Program-made: the position numbers and the translations under genes
The notes under the pieces: generated by a model
Seen by the model: only the letters and a program-made list of their open reading frames with translations
Told to the model about the DNA's origin: nothing
Databases searched by the model: none
Shown here: in pieces, positions 27,583 to 38,853 of the stretch
How the letters are laid out: every line of letters starts with the position of its first letter
Position numbering within the stretch: the stretch's first letter is position 1
Assembly (NCBI GenBank): GCA_004022145.1
Contig: RCNU01000001.1
DNA from: Paecilomyces variotii
Lineage: Eukaryota
Length of the DNA: 64,000 nucleotides
Reading direction: 5' to 3' (one strand)

Positions 27583-29450
27583 ATGAGTGCAATACTATCA
27601 GCAGACGATCTCAACGATTTCATCACCCCTGGTGTGGCCTGTATTAAGCCTGTTGAGACATTGCCCAAGAAGGACTCACAAAATCCTGAGGTAGGTCAAT
27701 TCGAAGTACTCGTGATTTCGGCTTGTTGCGCCACGTCCAATGACAGACGGCTAATTTGCAATTTCATTAGAATCCCTACGAAGTAACGACAGAAGACAAG
27801 GTGCAGCCAGAGAACCTCCCACCAGCACAAATATCGTTGACAGACTGTCTGGCATGTTCTGGTTGCGTCACCTCTGCAGAGGCAGTGTTGATCTCGCTGC
27901 AATCGCATGCTGAAGTTCTAAATACTCTCGATACCTTTCCTGAGATCTCCGTGTCTGGCCAACGGTTCAATTCGGACAACGATGGTCGCATCTTTGTTGC
28001 AAGTGTCAGCCCCCAAGTGAGGGCAAGTCTGGCCGCTACATATGGCATTACAGAGAGAAAGGCAGCGTACATGATCGACCAATTTCTTAGCGGACCGCAG
28101 GGATTGCGAGCAGGTGGCAAACATGGAAGTGGCTTTTCCTGGGTGGTTGATACCAACGTGATGAGACAAGCTGCCTTGACTCTCACTGCAGATGAGGTTG
28201 CGGAATCGCTGGGGAGCGGAGACTCTTCTGTGCAAGACGCGTCCGGTTTCCCAGTCCCTAAGAGACCTATATTATCATCTGCATGCCCTGGTTGGATATG
28301 CTATGCAGAAAAGACTCATCCTCACGTCCTTCCTCATCTGTCACGTCTCAAGTCTCCGCAAGCCATCACGGGCACTTTTCTCAAGACAGTATTGAGCAAA
28401 AGTCTCGGAGTTCCTCCGTCGCGAATCTGGCACTTGGCTATCATGCCTTGCTTTGACAAGAAGCTGGAAGCAAGCCGGGAAGAGTTGACCGATTCCTCGT
28501 GGCAAACTTCAACTTCGGAATCTCAGTCGCCTGTGCGCGATGTCGACTGCGTTATCACTACCCGGGAGTTGCAAATGCTGGCATCGTCTAGGGGCATTTC
28601 TCTTCCGAGCCTTCCTTTGAAGCCCTTGTCGAAGTCATACGTGCCCGAATTTCCTGACAAGACTATTGAGCCGTTTATTCTTTCGAAATCACTGCATAAG
28701 CAAGACTCGGCTGCCGGAACATCAGGTGGCTATCTTTACCATGTTCTCACTACTTTCCAGGCACGGAACCCAGGCAGTCAGATTGTGACTCAGAGGGGAA
28801 GGAATGCCGATGTCGTCGAATATACTCTTGTGTCTGCATCTGGAGAGCCAGTGATTAAGGCTGCACGATATTACGGGTTCAGGAATATCCAGAATCTCGT
28901 TAGAAAATTGAAGCCTGCAAGAGCCTCGCGGATGCCAGGGGCAAAGACCGCATCTGCCAGTGCACGGAGAGGGCCGGTCTCACGGGCCGCTGGTGCTGGA
29001 GGGCCATCTGTTGACTATGCATATGTTGAAGTCATGGCTTGTCCTGGAGGCTGCACAAATGGTGGAGGACAGGTACGGATCGAAGACGCTAGGGAAGCCA
29101 ATGCTAGCGCGCAGAGCATTCCTGCAGAGGGAGCACCCGGACAGTCGTCGAAACCAACGCCTAACGAACAACGAGCTTGGCTGGCGCGTGTGGATGAAGC
29201 ATACTATTCGATGGATTCTGAGTCGGATTCAGAGTCGTCTGAGTTGTCTCAGCAAACTTCTATCACCGATCGAGACACCAAAGTCCGTGATATTCTCACA
29301 TACTGGTCGACTACGACAGGAGTTGCGTTACCAAGACTCCTCTACACGACATACCGAAAGGTCGAGAGTGACGTGGGTAAAGATAAAAGTGAGGCTGGTG
29401 AGACAGCTCGCGTGGTTGAATTGGCTAGTAAAATCGGTGGAGGCTGGTGA
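27583..29450 (+). CDS. NAR1: Cytosolic Fe-S cluster assembly factor Nar1 (hydrogenase-like), 2 exons
   Basis: [55 protein letters not shown]-terminal W. Confidence 0.96.
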
Positions 29451-29624
29451 AATCGATTCTCGTCCTATTTTATACCCCTTTTGCCATCGATTGCATAGAC
29501 TTAATGAATTGCATTGTCTCTATTTATGGGGAATTTATATAGATTACGAGCTCAGTATTTTATTCAAGAGACATAGCTAATGGTACTATCGGGATACATA
29601 TCATGTCACATCTCGTCTTAACTC

Positions 29625-30666
29625 TCAATGTTCTGTGATATTGTCTTCGTCGTCTTCCTCGAGTGGTACTTCCTCATAATCAGAGGGGATCATCGGATCA
29701 TCTGATTCACCCTCAATTGCGACGTCATGCTTACTGCCGAGTCCCCAGAGCCGATAATCTATCCTCGGTATGAGTTTTATCTTTCCTTGATAGTCGAACT
29801 CTTCTATGCCGACAAAAAAGCTACATGGCGGATTAGCGATTTATAGCAGAGGCTATGTCTTGAAGCTGAAAGTGCTCACCATCTCTTTGTGTCATTATCC
29901 CACATTATGTTGCGTCTGCGAGGGTCCAAGTGCGTGTAACCAAGAGCATACAACTTCCTAAAAGAGCGAGCTTAGCGATCACAAGAATGTGGATCGTAGA
30001 AAAGATCAACTCGTACCGGAGAGACTTCAGAAAGGAGATTCGGACCTCATCTCGCTTTTTTAAGGAAAACGTGTGAAAATTCTCCAGATTACGACCAGGA
30101 AGCTTCTCCATCAAGATGAAAGCTATGTATCCACCCGGGACGTATTCGTCATCGCTCTGGGCTACAACATCATAATCGATCAGTGTCGGCGTGCAGCTGC
30201 AGCCGGCTTCCGTGAGCTGTTGAAGGACCTGTATCTCGTGATCACCCATCCAACAAATCTCGGTTTCTTTTAGCTTGGAGTAGTCGAACTTTTCGCGAAG
30301 ACGACTGTTTGGATCTTTAACCGGGGGAGTTCTGAAGTTTTTTTTCGGTATTAGTTTATTCAGCACTTTCAGATTCCCATGAACTCAAGAAAATCCAAGA
30401 AGGTTTTCTTACTGCATCCGTATTCTCAAAATAGCCTCCGTACCCTGGGATGGTCCTCTTGTCTGAGTGACGAGCGCAAGTCCAGAGACTTCGTAAACGC
30501 CGTCCTTACCGGTGATTATATCGTCGAATATCTTCTCCGTCAGGACCTGCTTGAGTTCCCATTCAGTCTCTGTTTGAGGGAAATAGAGAAGGCGCCGGTT
30601 ACTGCGAGGCGTTTCTTTGTCACTGAAGATATCTAACCAAAGGAATCTCGATTTGGTCTCGTCCAT
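29625..30666 (-). CDS. Atypical protein-kinase-like protein, 4 exons
   Basis: Spliced product has EIQVLQQL..CTPTL..PGGYIAFILMEKLPG and catalytic-loop-like HLDPRRRNIMWD; canonical GT-AG introns; acidic tail. Confidence 0.7.
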
Positions 30667-31159
30667 GGTGAGCTAATACTGCGATGAAAAGAAAATTTAG
30701 AAATAGCATAGGTGATCAAGCCTGTATGAATACCTAATGATCGTATGCCTCTGTAGCGGAAGACTTTGGTTTGTTAAGAAACAAAGAAGGATGTGTAGCC
30801 TGATGCCACTATATTCCCTCCGAGCCGCTCGAGTGTGAAGTTGCGTCAGACTTAACACCTGACATGTCAAACCTCGCAAGGCTATTATTATATATTGAAT
30901 GAGGAGCTTCACACCTGTCTCATCATTTCACCGCATTGAGCCTGATCGATTTCACCAACAACGCCACACATCTCCGTTCAATCCGAATATATGCATCATC
31001 ACCCTTATCTGCCTTGACCGTTGATATCTCAAGGCGTCTATATGATCCTTATAGTATCAACGTCTTTATTCTTTTAAAAACCCCAGAAATCAACGTCTAT
31101 TTCTCTATCTTCCACGAAGATTGTTCAAACGAGGTTTTCTTCTGCCAAAATTGAGGATT

Positions 31160-31900
31160 TAGCCTCCAGGGAGAACAATTTGACCACTCTCCATAAAGCT
31201 AGAGATATAATTGTCGACAACTTTCCGCAGTGTCTGATTGTCCCCCAGATTCCACATCACAAGTACGGCCATCCATCGGTTGAGGTTTATGGGGGCGTTG
31301 CAGCACTGGAGCTCCTTCCAGCTCGATGCGAGACGGCAATTCAACGCCATTGACTGGCAAGATCACACGACCTACCTGGATGCTACTGTGGTCGATGCTG
31401 CCACAAATGGACACAACATACGTAACGAGCACTATAGGTGCTGAGAGGAAATCACCAGTAATGGTCGTTATGTAAACCACGTTCTGCACGTATTGTCCGC
31501 CATTGCGCTCGAGATCGGCTTCCCGGGGAAGTTTGGAGATTGGAATTCGTGTAAGGAGAGAGGCTCTAGCAACAGCCAGAATACCGGCCAAGAGAGGGGA
31601 TTGGTCCCAGATTTCGTCCTCATGGGCCCCTGTCTATCCCTCTTATTGTCGGGGAGGGGAAGACACCCTTTCAGAAGCATCAATTCAAGGAATGGTTTGA
31701 AAGTGCAGTACTCAGAGGGAACTCTGCCTCGCTGCGCGTCCTTCTGGGTGAGTTATATGCTACTTCTCTTGCAGAGTTCCTAACAATTATGCAGGACAAA
31801 TTGCACAGATCTCGGTTCGTGAGGCGATGCTGTACCTGATAGCAATTGCATCCACCGGTCCGCGCAAGCGGACTTTCAAGAACTAGACGAAAGCAGAAGA
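31160..31900 (+). pseudogene. Decayed fungal PD-(D/E)XK-like (REase-fold) gene
   Basis: Frames join to HRLRFMGALQHWSSF...EHYRC*EE...RYVNHVL...FGDW...VPDFVLM / VGEGKTP...LG|QIAQ; two frameshifts, internal stops, intact intron 31748-31794. Confidence 0.6.
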
Positions 31901-32824
31901 TTGGGTGCAACCTATTCGTGCCAGGGGTTCGTTCTAGGTCAAGGGCCGGATATGTTGGGAGTTCTGGAACGCCCGATCTCAAGAATAACAAACGATTTAG
32001 CCTGGGATTCGGTTTTGCGGGAACAGTCGAAGCGCATGTCAACAAGGTTGAAGGGAGGGATAACGCGGCACAACATCCTGTCGGCGTACAAAAGCAAACG
32101 CCAGGTGATCTGTCAATCATCCGTTTGTGGCATAATGGATTACTACTAGATTACTAGGTTACTAGGATCTAAATTCTTTGTATGCTAGAGATAAATATGG
32201 GATCAAATCCCCCCTAGACCTAGAGTCAAGTAAGCAATTCAGATTCTGCTTCCGTGCTCTTTTGGATTCGACACATCCTACTGGGATACCGTGGCGCCTG
32301 TTACATGGCCACAGGTCTATCTAGGCTAGGTCTAGTTGTCACCGTTATATAGGTAGGTATCTCGTCATGAATAGGAGGTACCTACAACAAACCAAGAAAG
32401 GTGGCCGCTCAAGACGGTGCATAACCTGGGGACGCGCAATTGCTAGCGCTCGAAGTTTTCCGGGATACCGTACTGATCCATGTGAAAAATTCTCTTCCAA
32501 ATAATCGGATAAATACCTCTATTTCAAAGGATGCTGTACACAGACAAACGGACGGGCTGCCACCTGAGGACTATGTAGTTACCGCTTTCGGTAAGTGACT
32601 TGACTAAACAAAGACTAGTCTAGATTAGGTTAGTCTGCAACTGTCCGTCGCATGGAAGATCATCGATGCCGCCGCATCTCCATTTTTCCCAAGTCCAGAC
32701 GATAATTATTCCTGCGCCACTCATTATTCACCACCTCTCTCCGCTACAACAGCAAGCTCGCATCTCTCCTGCAAACTGCTCTTCACTTGAAAAAAAAGGA
32801 ACGGAAAGCAAATTCTTGAGCAAA

Positions 32825-33146
32825 ATGTCCCGCGAAGCCTACCAGGTCCCGTCTTTGGGCGCCCAGAACGCCTTCGGTGCCGACGGTCTCAGCGGCGCCT
32901 CCGCGGACGGTCCAGCTGTGACTTATCTCTGCGGAGACTGCAACTCGAAGGTGTCGCTGAAGCGCGGCGATCAGATCCGTTGCAAGGAGTGTGGTCATCG
33001 TGTGCTGTATAAGGAGCGGACCAAGAGGTGAGTTTCCGTTGATGACTGCTGAAGAGTCATTTGTCTTTGGGTCCTGTTGTGATTGCGGATTTGCTGACGA
33101 ATGCTGTTTGCGGTGGAATAGAATGGTTCAGTTCGAGGCGCGATGA
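32825..33146 (+). CDS. RPB12: RNA polymerases I/II/III shared subunit RPABC4 (Rpb12), intron 33028-33121
   Basis: YLCGDC...IRCKECGHRVLYKERTKR|MVQFEAR. Confidence 0.97.
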
Positions 33147-33529
33147 TTGGGAAATCGACTGTGAGGTGTTGACCTCGTCAGTTTTGCTAGGGCCATGGTC
33201 ATGATGGGCTGGAGACACCGGTTGATTTGTCACGTTTGCTACGCATTTACATGGCGCTAAGGGAGTCTAGAGGGTTTTCATCATATAAAAAAAGCAATCT
33301 AGAGGCAGTTCAAGCGGAAGGGATCATTGCAGAGAGAGCATGACTCGTTCACGGACAAACCTAGCACAAGGAGTAACCAAGAGGATGGTTCTCCCTCCAA
33401 AGTGCTTTCGATTCTAAAGGACATACTGTCCTGCTGAACCCAGTACGCTATACAGAAGAATTCGAACACAACCTTTTTTTTTGTTCCCAAATTCCAATCC
33501 TATCCATCCCGTTCTACATCGTAAGAATA

Positions 33530-34879
33530 TCACAGATTATTTGTTGCCTGAATAAACTCCTCAAATGTCTTCAGTGCTTGGCCACTCTCCACTGCCCACC
33601 TAGCTCGTCGGACACCTTCCTTCCAGCGTCCGCCACCAGGGCCCCGTTCAGTGATGACCTTACCGTCATCACCAGGACCCATGTTACTGGTGTCAGCCTC
33701 ACAGATGCCGGAGACGACGAGGAGCGCTGCGACATTCATCAGTACGAAGTCCAGGATCGGATCATCGCGAGCAAGTTCGTTGCGTAGAATGCTCATCAGC
33801 TTCGCAGCGTTGTCCTTGGGCATCTTCCTTCCGTACACATCGGACAACGGGTGAGTGGGAAGCCCGAAGTCAGATGGGTGAAGCTGGAATGTCTCGAGCT
33901 TGACAAGCGTTCGAGAAGGAGCATCTTCATCGCTTGTGCTGGCGTCGTCATCGTCCGACGATCCCTTGTAAGCTGGATTGGGATATTCCGACAGCCTCCA
34001 GCAGTTGGTCTTTCCGGCACAGCTGATCTCGTCCATGTCTTCTTCACCGCAGACGACCATTGCCTTCTTTGCACCACTTAGTCTCAAAGCCTCAACGAAA
34101 ACAGGTCCCAGGCTCTGGTATGCGACGCCGACCACCCGGGCTTCCAGAGCCCAGTCGACGGGATTCGCCAACGGACCCATCAGGTTGAATATCGTTCTGA
34201 TACCGAGGCCGCGGCGGACAGGGTTTGCGTACATCATGCCAGGGTGAAAGTTGGGTGCGAAGAGGAAGGCGTAGTTCGTCTGCTCATACACTTTCGCAAT
34301 GTTATCGGCAGTCACCGCGGAGATCTTGGGAGGTACCGGTTCGACCGCGTTAAGGACATCCGCTGAGCCCGAGAACGAGGTCTGCGCACGGTTTCCATGC
34401 TTTGCCATCATGAGGAGCGGAGATGCGATTATTGAGGAGGTTGTGGAAATGTTGAAGGTCGAGTGCGAGTCACCGCCGGTACCAACGATGTCGCACTGCA
34501 TCAAGTCAGCATTTTCTTGCGCCTAGGGCAATTGTATAAGCTCATCGCTCACCAGTCCACCTCTGTAATTGCCCTCTTTCCGACCCCTAGCCTTGACTGC
34601 TTTCTTCAATGACTGCTTTTCGATCTGGCTTGCTGCCTCTCTCATGCGTTGCGAACATTTTGCGATCACATCCGACTCCCGATCTTTACCAGTGGAATGC
34701 AGGAGTGTGAGCAGAGCAGCGGTCTGGATCACTGAGATTCGATCCTCGAAAATCAGAGCGAATGCACTGGCAATTTCCTCTGCAGAGACCTGAATCTCCC
34801 CTGCTGCGGGGTAGGCCAGGCTCTTTAGGAGGGGTGAGATCGAGACGGGCTCGGGTTTTTCTTCGGCGGGAGCAGCCAT
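33530..34879 (-). CDS. TRP4: Anthranilate phosphoribosyltransferase, 2 exons
   Basis: CDIVGTGGDSHSTFNIST; KHGNRA; RTIFNLMGPLANP; DEIS. Confidence 0.96.
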
Positions 34880-35034
34880 AGTATTGACCAAGGGGAATAT
34901 GTACGAAGTAGAGACGACAAAAGTACGTGCGCAATGATTATCAATTGAACGGCACGCGCATCTGGCAATTGAGCCTGCCCTTGTATGCTTGATTCGGCGT
35001 TACACCGGAGATCATTTCTTACTCGGACGGAAAC

Positions 35035-35041
35035 GAGTCAT
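35035..35041 (-). promoter_or_regulatory. ATGACTC CpcA/Gcn4-type site upstream of TRP4
   Basis: gagtcat about 160 bp upstream of the TRP4 ATG; Trp genes are known cross-pathway targets. Confidence 0.4.
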
Positions 35042-35259
35042 CCTGCACCGGCAGAAACAGACCGCCTTGACATCCGACCTTTTCCTTTTTGGGATCCAAA
35101 AGCCCGGCCGCGATTCATCGCCAAAATTTCCGCTTCTCCAGGGCATCAACTGCATCTCCAGCCTCCGCTGCCTTCAGACAGGTCGTCAAGCTGGGCTAAT
35201 GGCCCGTTTCTGAATTCTTCAATTGCATCTTGATCGTTTTGTCAACTCATATTTTCCAG

Positions 35260-36276
35260 ATGCCGCCCAGGCTACGACTTGCGCGCTCGCGCATCTCCCA
35301 GTCGCTCTGCCGACAAAGGGTCTATCAATATGAGGTCCTGGTACCCAGCAGATATGCCAGTGGTGCTGCAGCCTCTGCAGTCACTCCGGCTGCATCGATA
35401 GAGCAGATGACAACCTCTTATCCTCCGATTGCCAGATACCCTCCCTCCCAGCCTCCATCACATCGCAGACCCGAAGAACGCAGGTCACAGCTTCTCCGAC
35501 AATACACCTCCCTGCTTCGGACAGCACCTCTCATGGTTCTGTTCCAGCACAACAACCTGCAATCTACTGAGTGGGCTGGTATCCGTCGGGAGCTGAGCAA
35601 GGCACTGCAGAAGGTCGACGATGATCAAGCTGCGGCAGGACGGAGCCTTCCTCCGCTCGCCTCTTCCATCAAGCTGCAGATTATTCAAAACAGCATTTTC
35701 GAAACGGCTCTTCGTATCGTCGAATACTATCATCCTGACCAGAATGCTCTGAAAGCAGGCAAGCCAACCGTCTCGGGATCGAAAAACGACCCAGCCTTGA
35801 CCCACGATCTCTCCCGAGCAGCGCATGACGCTGTGATGAACATGAAGGGCAAGCACGAGCTGACGACACTTCTTTCTGGACCGTTGGCTGTGCTCTCTTT
35901 CCCGCACGTCTCCCCGGAGCATCTCAAGGCCGCCCTCTCGATCCTCGCCCCGAAGGCCACCGGTTTCCCGGCGCCTACGCGACGAGCCAACCCCGGCTAC
36001 TACGAATTGACCGTTCAGGATGGACTACAGAAGCTTATGCTACTCGCTGCCCGAGTTGACGGAAAGGTATTCGACGTCGACGAGACCAAGTGGGTCGGAA
36101 GCATCGAAGGCGGCATGGACGGATTGCGCTCCCAGCTGGTCACCATGCTTCAGAGTATCGGTGCCGGCATCACGAATGCTCTGGATGGCCATAGCAAGAG
36201 TCTCTACCTTACTCTGGAGAGCCGACGGAGCGTGCTCGAGGATGAACAGAAGGGTGAGGGAAAGAGTGAGCCCTGA
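35260..36276 (+). CDS. Mitochondrial large ribosomal subunit protein uL10m (MRPL11-like)
   Basis: Arg-rich presequence; SQLLRQYTSLL..LFQHNNL..EW..IRREL; LRSQLV..LQS; LTLESR. Confidence 0.8.
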   Translation: MPPRLRLARSRISQSLCRQRVYQYEVLVPSRYASGAAASAVTPAASIEQMTTSYPPIARYPPSQPPSHRRPEERRSQLLRQYTSLLRTAPLMVLFQHNNLQSTEWAGIRRELSKALQKVDDDQAAAGRSLPPLASSIKLQIIQNSIFETALRIVEYYHPDQNALKAGKPTVSGSKNDPALTHDLSRAAHDAVMNMKGKHELTTLLSGPLAVLSFPHVSPEHLKAALSILAPKATGFPAPTRRANPGYYELTVQDGLQKLMLLAARVDGKVFDVDETKWVGSIEGGMDGLRSQLVTMLQSIGAGITNALDGHSKSLYLTLESRRSVLEDEQKGEGKSEP

Positions 36277-36586
36277 AAAGGGAAGAGAAGCACTCCTCAA
36301 TGTACAATACCTATTTTTATTTCGTTGCGAATCTGAATTGGTAAAGGATGATCGAGATATATATATTTTATCGCGAGCTATGAAGACAAATAGATACAAT
36401 GTTCTTTAGGTCGTTTTCACTGACGAGTAATCATTGCCATCTAACCAATAAACCTGTAGAACACAAGATATAAAAAGCAGACTACGTATACCTCTGAGGT
36501 CCTGCAGAGGGGGCTTTTCGCTTGAGAAGATTACAAAAATAAGAAGAATGAACACAGATAAGCTCAAAGAAGTCTATCTTCCGAGC

Positions 36587-38086
36587 TTACTGCCTCGACT
36601 TCAACCTGGAGTTCATGCCCACGACACATCTAACCAAGTCCCAATCTCCATCTAGACCAACCCAGTCCATAACCAGGATACCCGTGGACCAATCACCATC
36701 CTGCTTCTCGGGGTGCTTTCGACAGAGATAGTCTACGGTGGCTGGGTTCAGTTTCGCTGCTATCTTCTCAGGCCAGGTTCCTACTTTCCAGAAATTACTG
36801 GCGGAGAGGAAGTTGATATAGAAAGGATGACGCTTTCCGTCATCGGGGTTCTTCAGGATGCCGTATGGATAGCATTGCTCGCCAGATCGACAGATTTGTT
36901 CCGTGACGTATTGGATCTTCTTATTGATGTTTTGGGTTTCGAGGACCTCGTAGAAATCTTGGATACAGATCTCTCCGCTGGGACACATCGCATGGGGGGT
37001 GTTATCCGCCCATGCAGATGCGTCTAAGCCCCAGCCTCTCCCGTTATGCTCGTGCTTCAATCGCTCCTCGATGTTGAAGCGGCGGATGAGAACGACTTTG
37101 CCGCGGACCTCACCTAAGGTGGGTATCTTGGGGTCTGTATACCAACGGCTGTCTGGACGAGCGTAGTGGTCGCGTAGGATCCGGCTTAATTGTTCATCAG
37201 TATGTGTTCCGGGCCCCTCTCTCTTCAAAGAGATGATGAGGGTCTCCGATGGATTACGGTCCAGGAACTCGTTTACCGTCTGCATCAGATCGCGGAAATA
37301 CTTGTTCCCTGTTAGAGAAATGGGAAAGACACTGTGGACCAGGAGCAGCTGGTCTTTGGCTGGGTCCTCAGGAAACTGCGGCTGAACCCGAATGTCAAAG
37401 AAGCGTACACCGTTCTCGAGCTGCTTCCGTGGGCTGACTGCTTGACAGCGGACAGATGGCGGAGCAACATGGCAGGTGGGAGAGTTATGAGTACCAGGAA
37501 TCGAGAGAGCGGACAACAGGGTGTCGTCTCTCAGTTCGCGCATCCAAGCCTGGAGATTGGCAGAGGAGAAGACTGCCAGGTGTGACTCGGGCGTGATATA
37601 GATGCCAGTAAATTGGAAACGAGGCTTGTCCGTCAACGCGCGCATGGTTGCAGATTCTGTGGTCGGCACCGGCGTCTGCACCTGGTGTCGTTCCCCTTCT
37701 GCTTCGATGGTCAGGCGCAGTCTCTCCTTGTCGGACTTTGTGAAGGCGCGGATATCTGTCTGGGCCGTAGCCCACGGTTCCACCCGGACATTTACATCCT
37801 CATGCGCGAAAGGCTTCGCATCGTTCGCGATGGCATCAACCGGGTTGTTGGTGCGCGTCGTATTCGTCACCAATCTGGTGAAGTTCTTCGCAAGGGTTCC
37901 CACATCAGCAAGTGGTGCGTCCGGCGCAGAGAAGCGCTCCACGAGCTTCAACTCGATCGGCGTCGGAGTGAGGTTTCTGATAGTGAGATGTTCAGCAACC
38001 ATTTTGGACTTCTTAGGCTTCGTCGGTCCTGTCGCTGCACCGCCATTAGACCCAAAGGGCTGTGCGAGAAAGCGAAACATGGCCAT
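36587..38086 (-). CDS. Phosphatidylinositol-specific phospholipase C (bacterial-like PLC-X domain); alternative start at 38002
   Basis: LSIPGTHNS; QLENGVRFFDIR; PTLGEVRGKVVLIRRF; IQDFYE; GILVMDW. Confidence 0.9.
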   Translation of the reverse strand: MAMFRFLAQPFGSNGGAATGPTKPKKSKMVAEHLTIRNLTPTPIELKLVERFSAPDAPLADVGTLAKNFTRLVTNTTRTNNPVDAIANDAKPFAHEDVNVRVEPWATAQTDIRAFTKSDKERLRLTIEAEGERHQVQTPVPTTESATMRALTDKPRFQFTGIYITPESHLAVFSSANLQAWMRELRDDTLLSALSIPGTHNSPTCHVAPPSVRCQAVSPRKQLENGVRFFDIRVQPQFPEDPAKDQLLLVHSVFPISLTGNKYFRDLMQTVNEFLDRNPSETLIISLKREGPGTHTDEQLSRILRDHYARPDSRWYTDPKIPTLGEVRGKVVLIRRFNIEERLKHEHNGRGWGLDASAWADNTPHAMCPSGEICIQDFYEVLETQNINKKIQYVTEQICRSGEQCYPYGILKNPDDGKRHPFYINFLSASNFWKVGTWPEKIAAKLNPATVDYLCRKHPEKQDGDWSTGILVMDWVGLDGDWDLVRCVVGMNSRLKSRQ

Positions 38087-38853
38087 GACGACGGGCGCAG
38101 CCCGGATATATGGGAACGAGGCGAGGAAAATTAAGTTCTGCTCTGTTGGATCTGGGATCTGGGATCTGTTCCTGATTGCGCCCTGGCTCTCTTCGACGGC
38201 CCGTGGCTGATAGCTTGCGCAATGTGAGTGTCCATTCAGATTGCGGATAGAGGTATGCGGCCCCTTACGCTGGCGGGAAGAGGCGCGCGAACTGGATTCT
38301 CAGCCGCTGTCCCAAGGGTCGGAGAGGTCTCCGCGCATTCTCGGCGGCTGAAAGCGGTCATTTTCGTATTAACAAGCTGCGATTGTCAGTAAAGATGGCC
38401 TCGCAGTAACCTGGGACCACGTACGCTGATTTCTGAGCACGTTGAGGAGTCTGGAAAGCGCTTCTAGACAGTTCAATTGACCCCCGAAAGATCCTTTTAG
38501 ATGAGCTGACGGCGGTTCTCTCACCGCCCGGACATCAACTTATCTGAAGAGGGGCATCTCTTCTCGCATTGGTTGCGCAGACACGTATCCATGGCCCTGA
38601 AGAGATGTCAAAGTCTATCTAGAATAACAATAGATCAACAGCCGTGGCTCGAGATATCTCTATCTCCTCTCATGCTCGTCAATCCATCTCATCTTCTTCT
38701 GCTACGCCAAAGCTGGGGAAAGTGCGGAGTAAGTCACGTGGCAGCGGCTATCGTCGGCCTTCCAGTCTGGGGTAGTCAAGGGCCGCGGGGGGATAAGTCT
38801 CCCAGAATCCTCAGATCCCTTTCTTTCTGCTCTGTTGTCAGACTCAAGGGATC

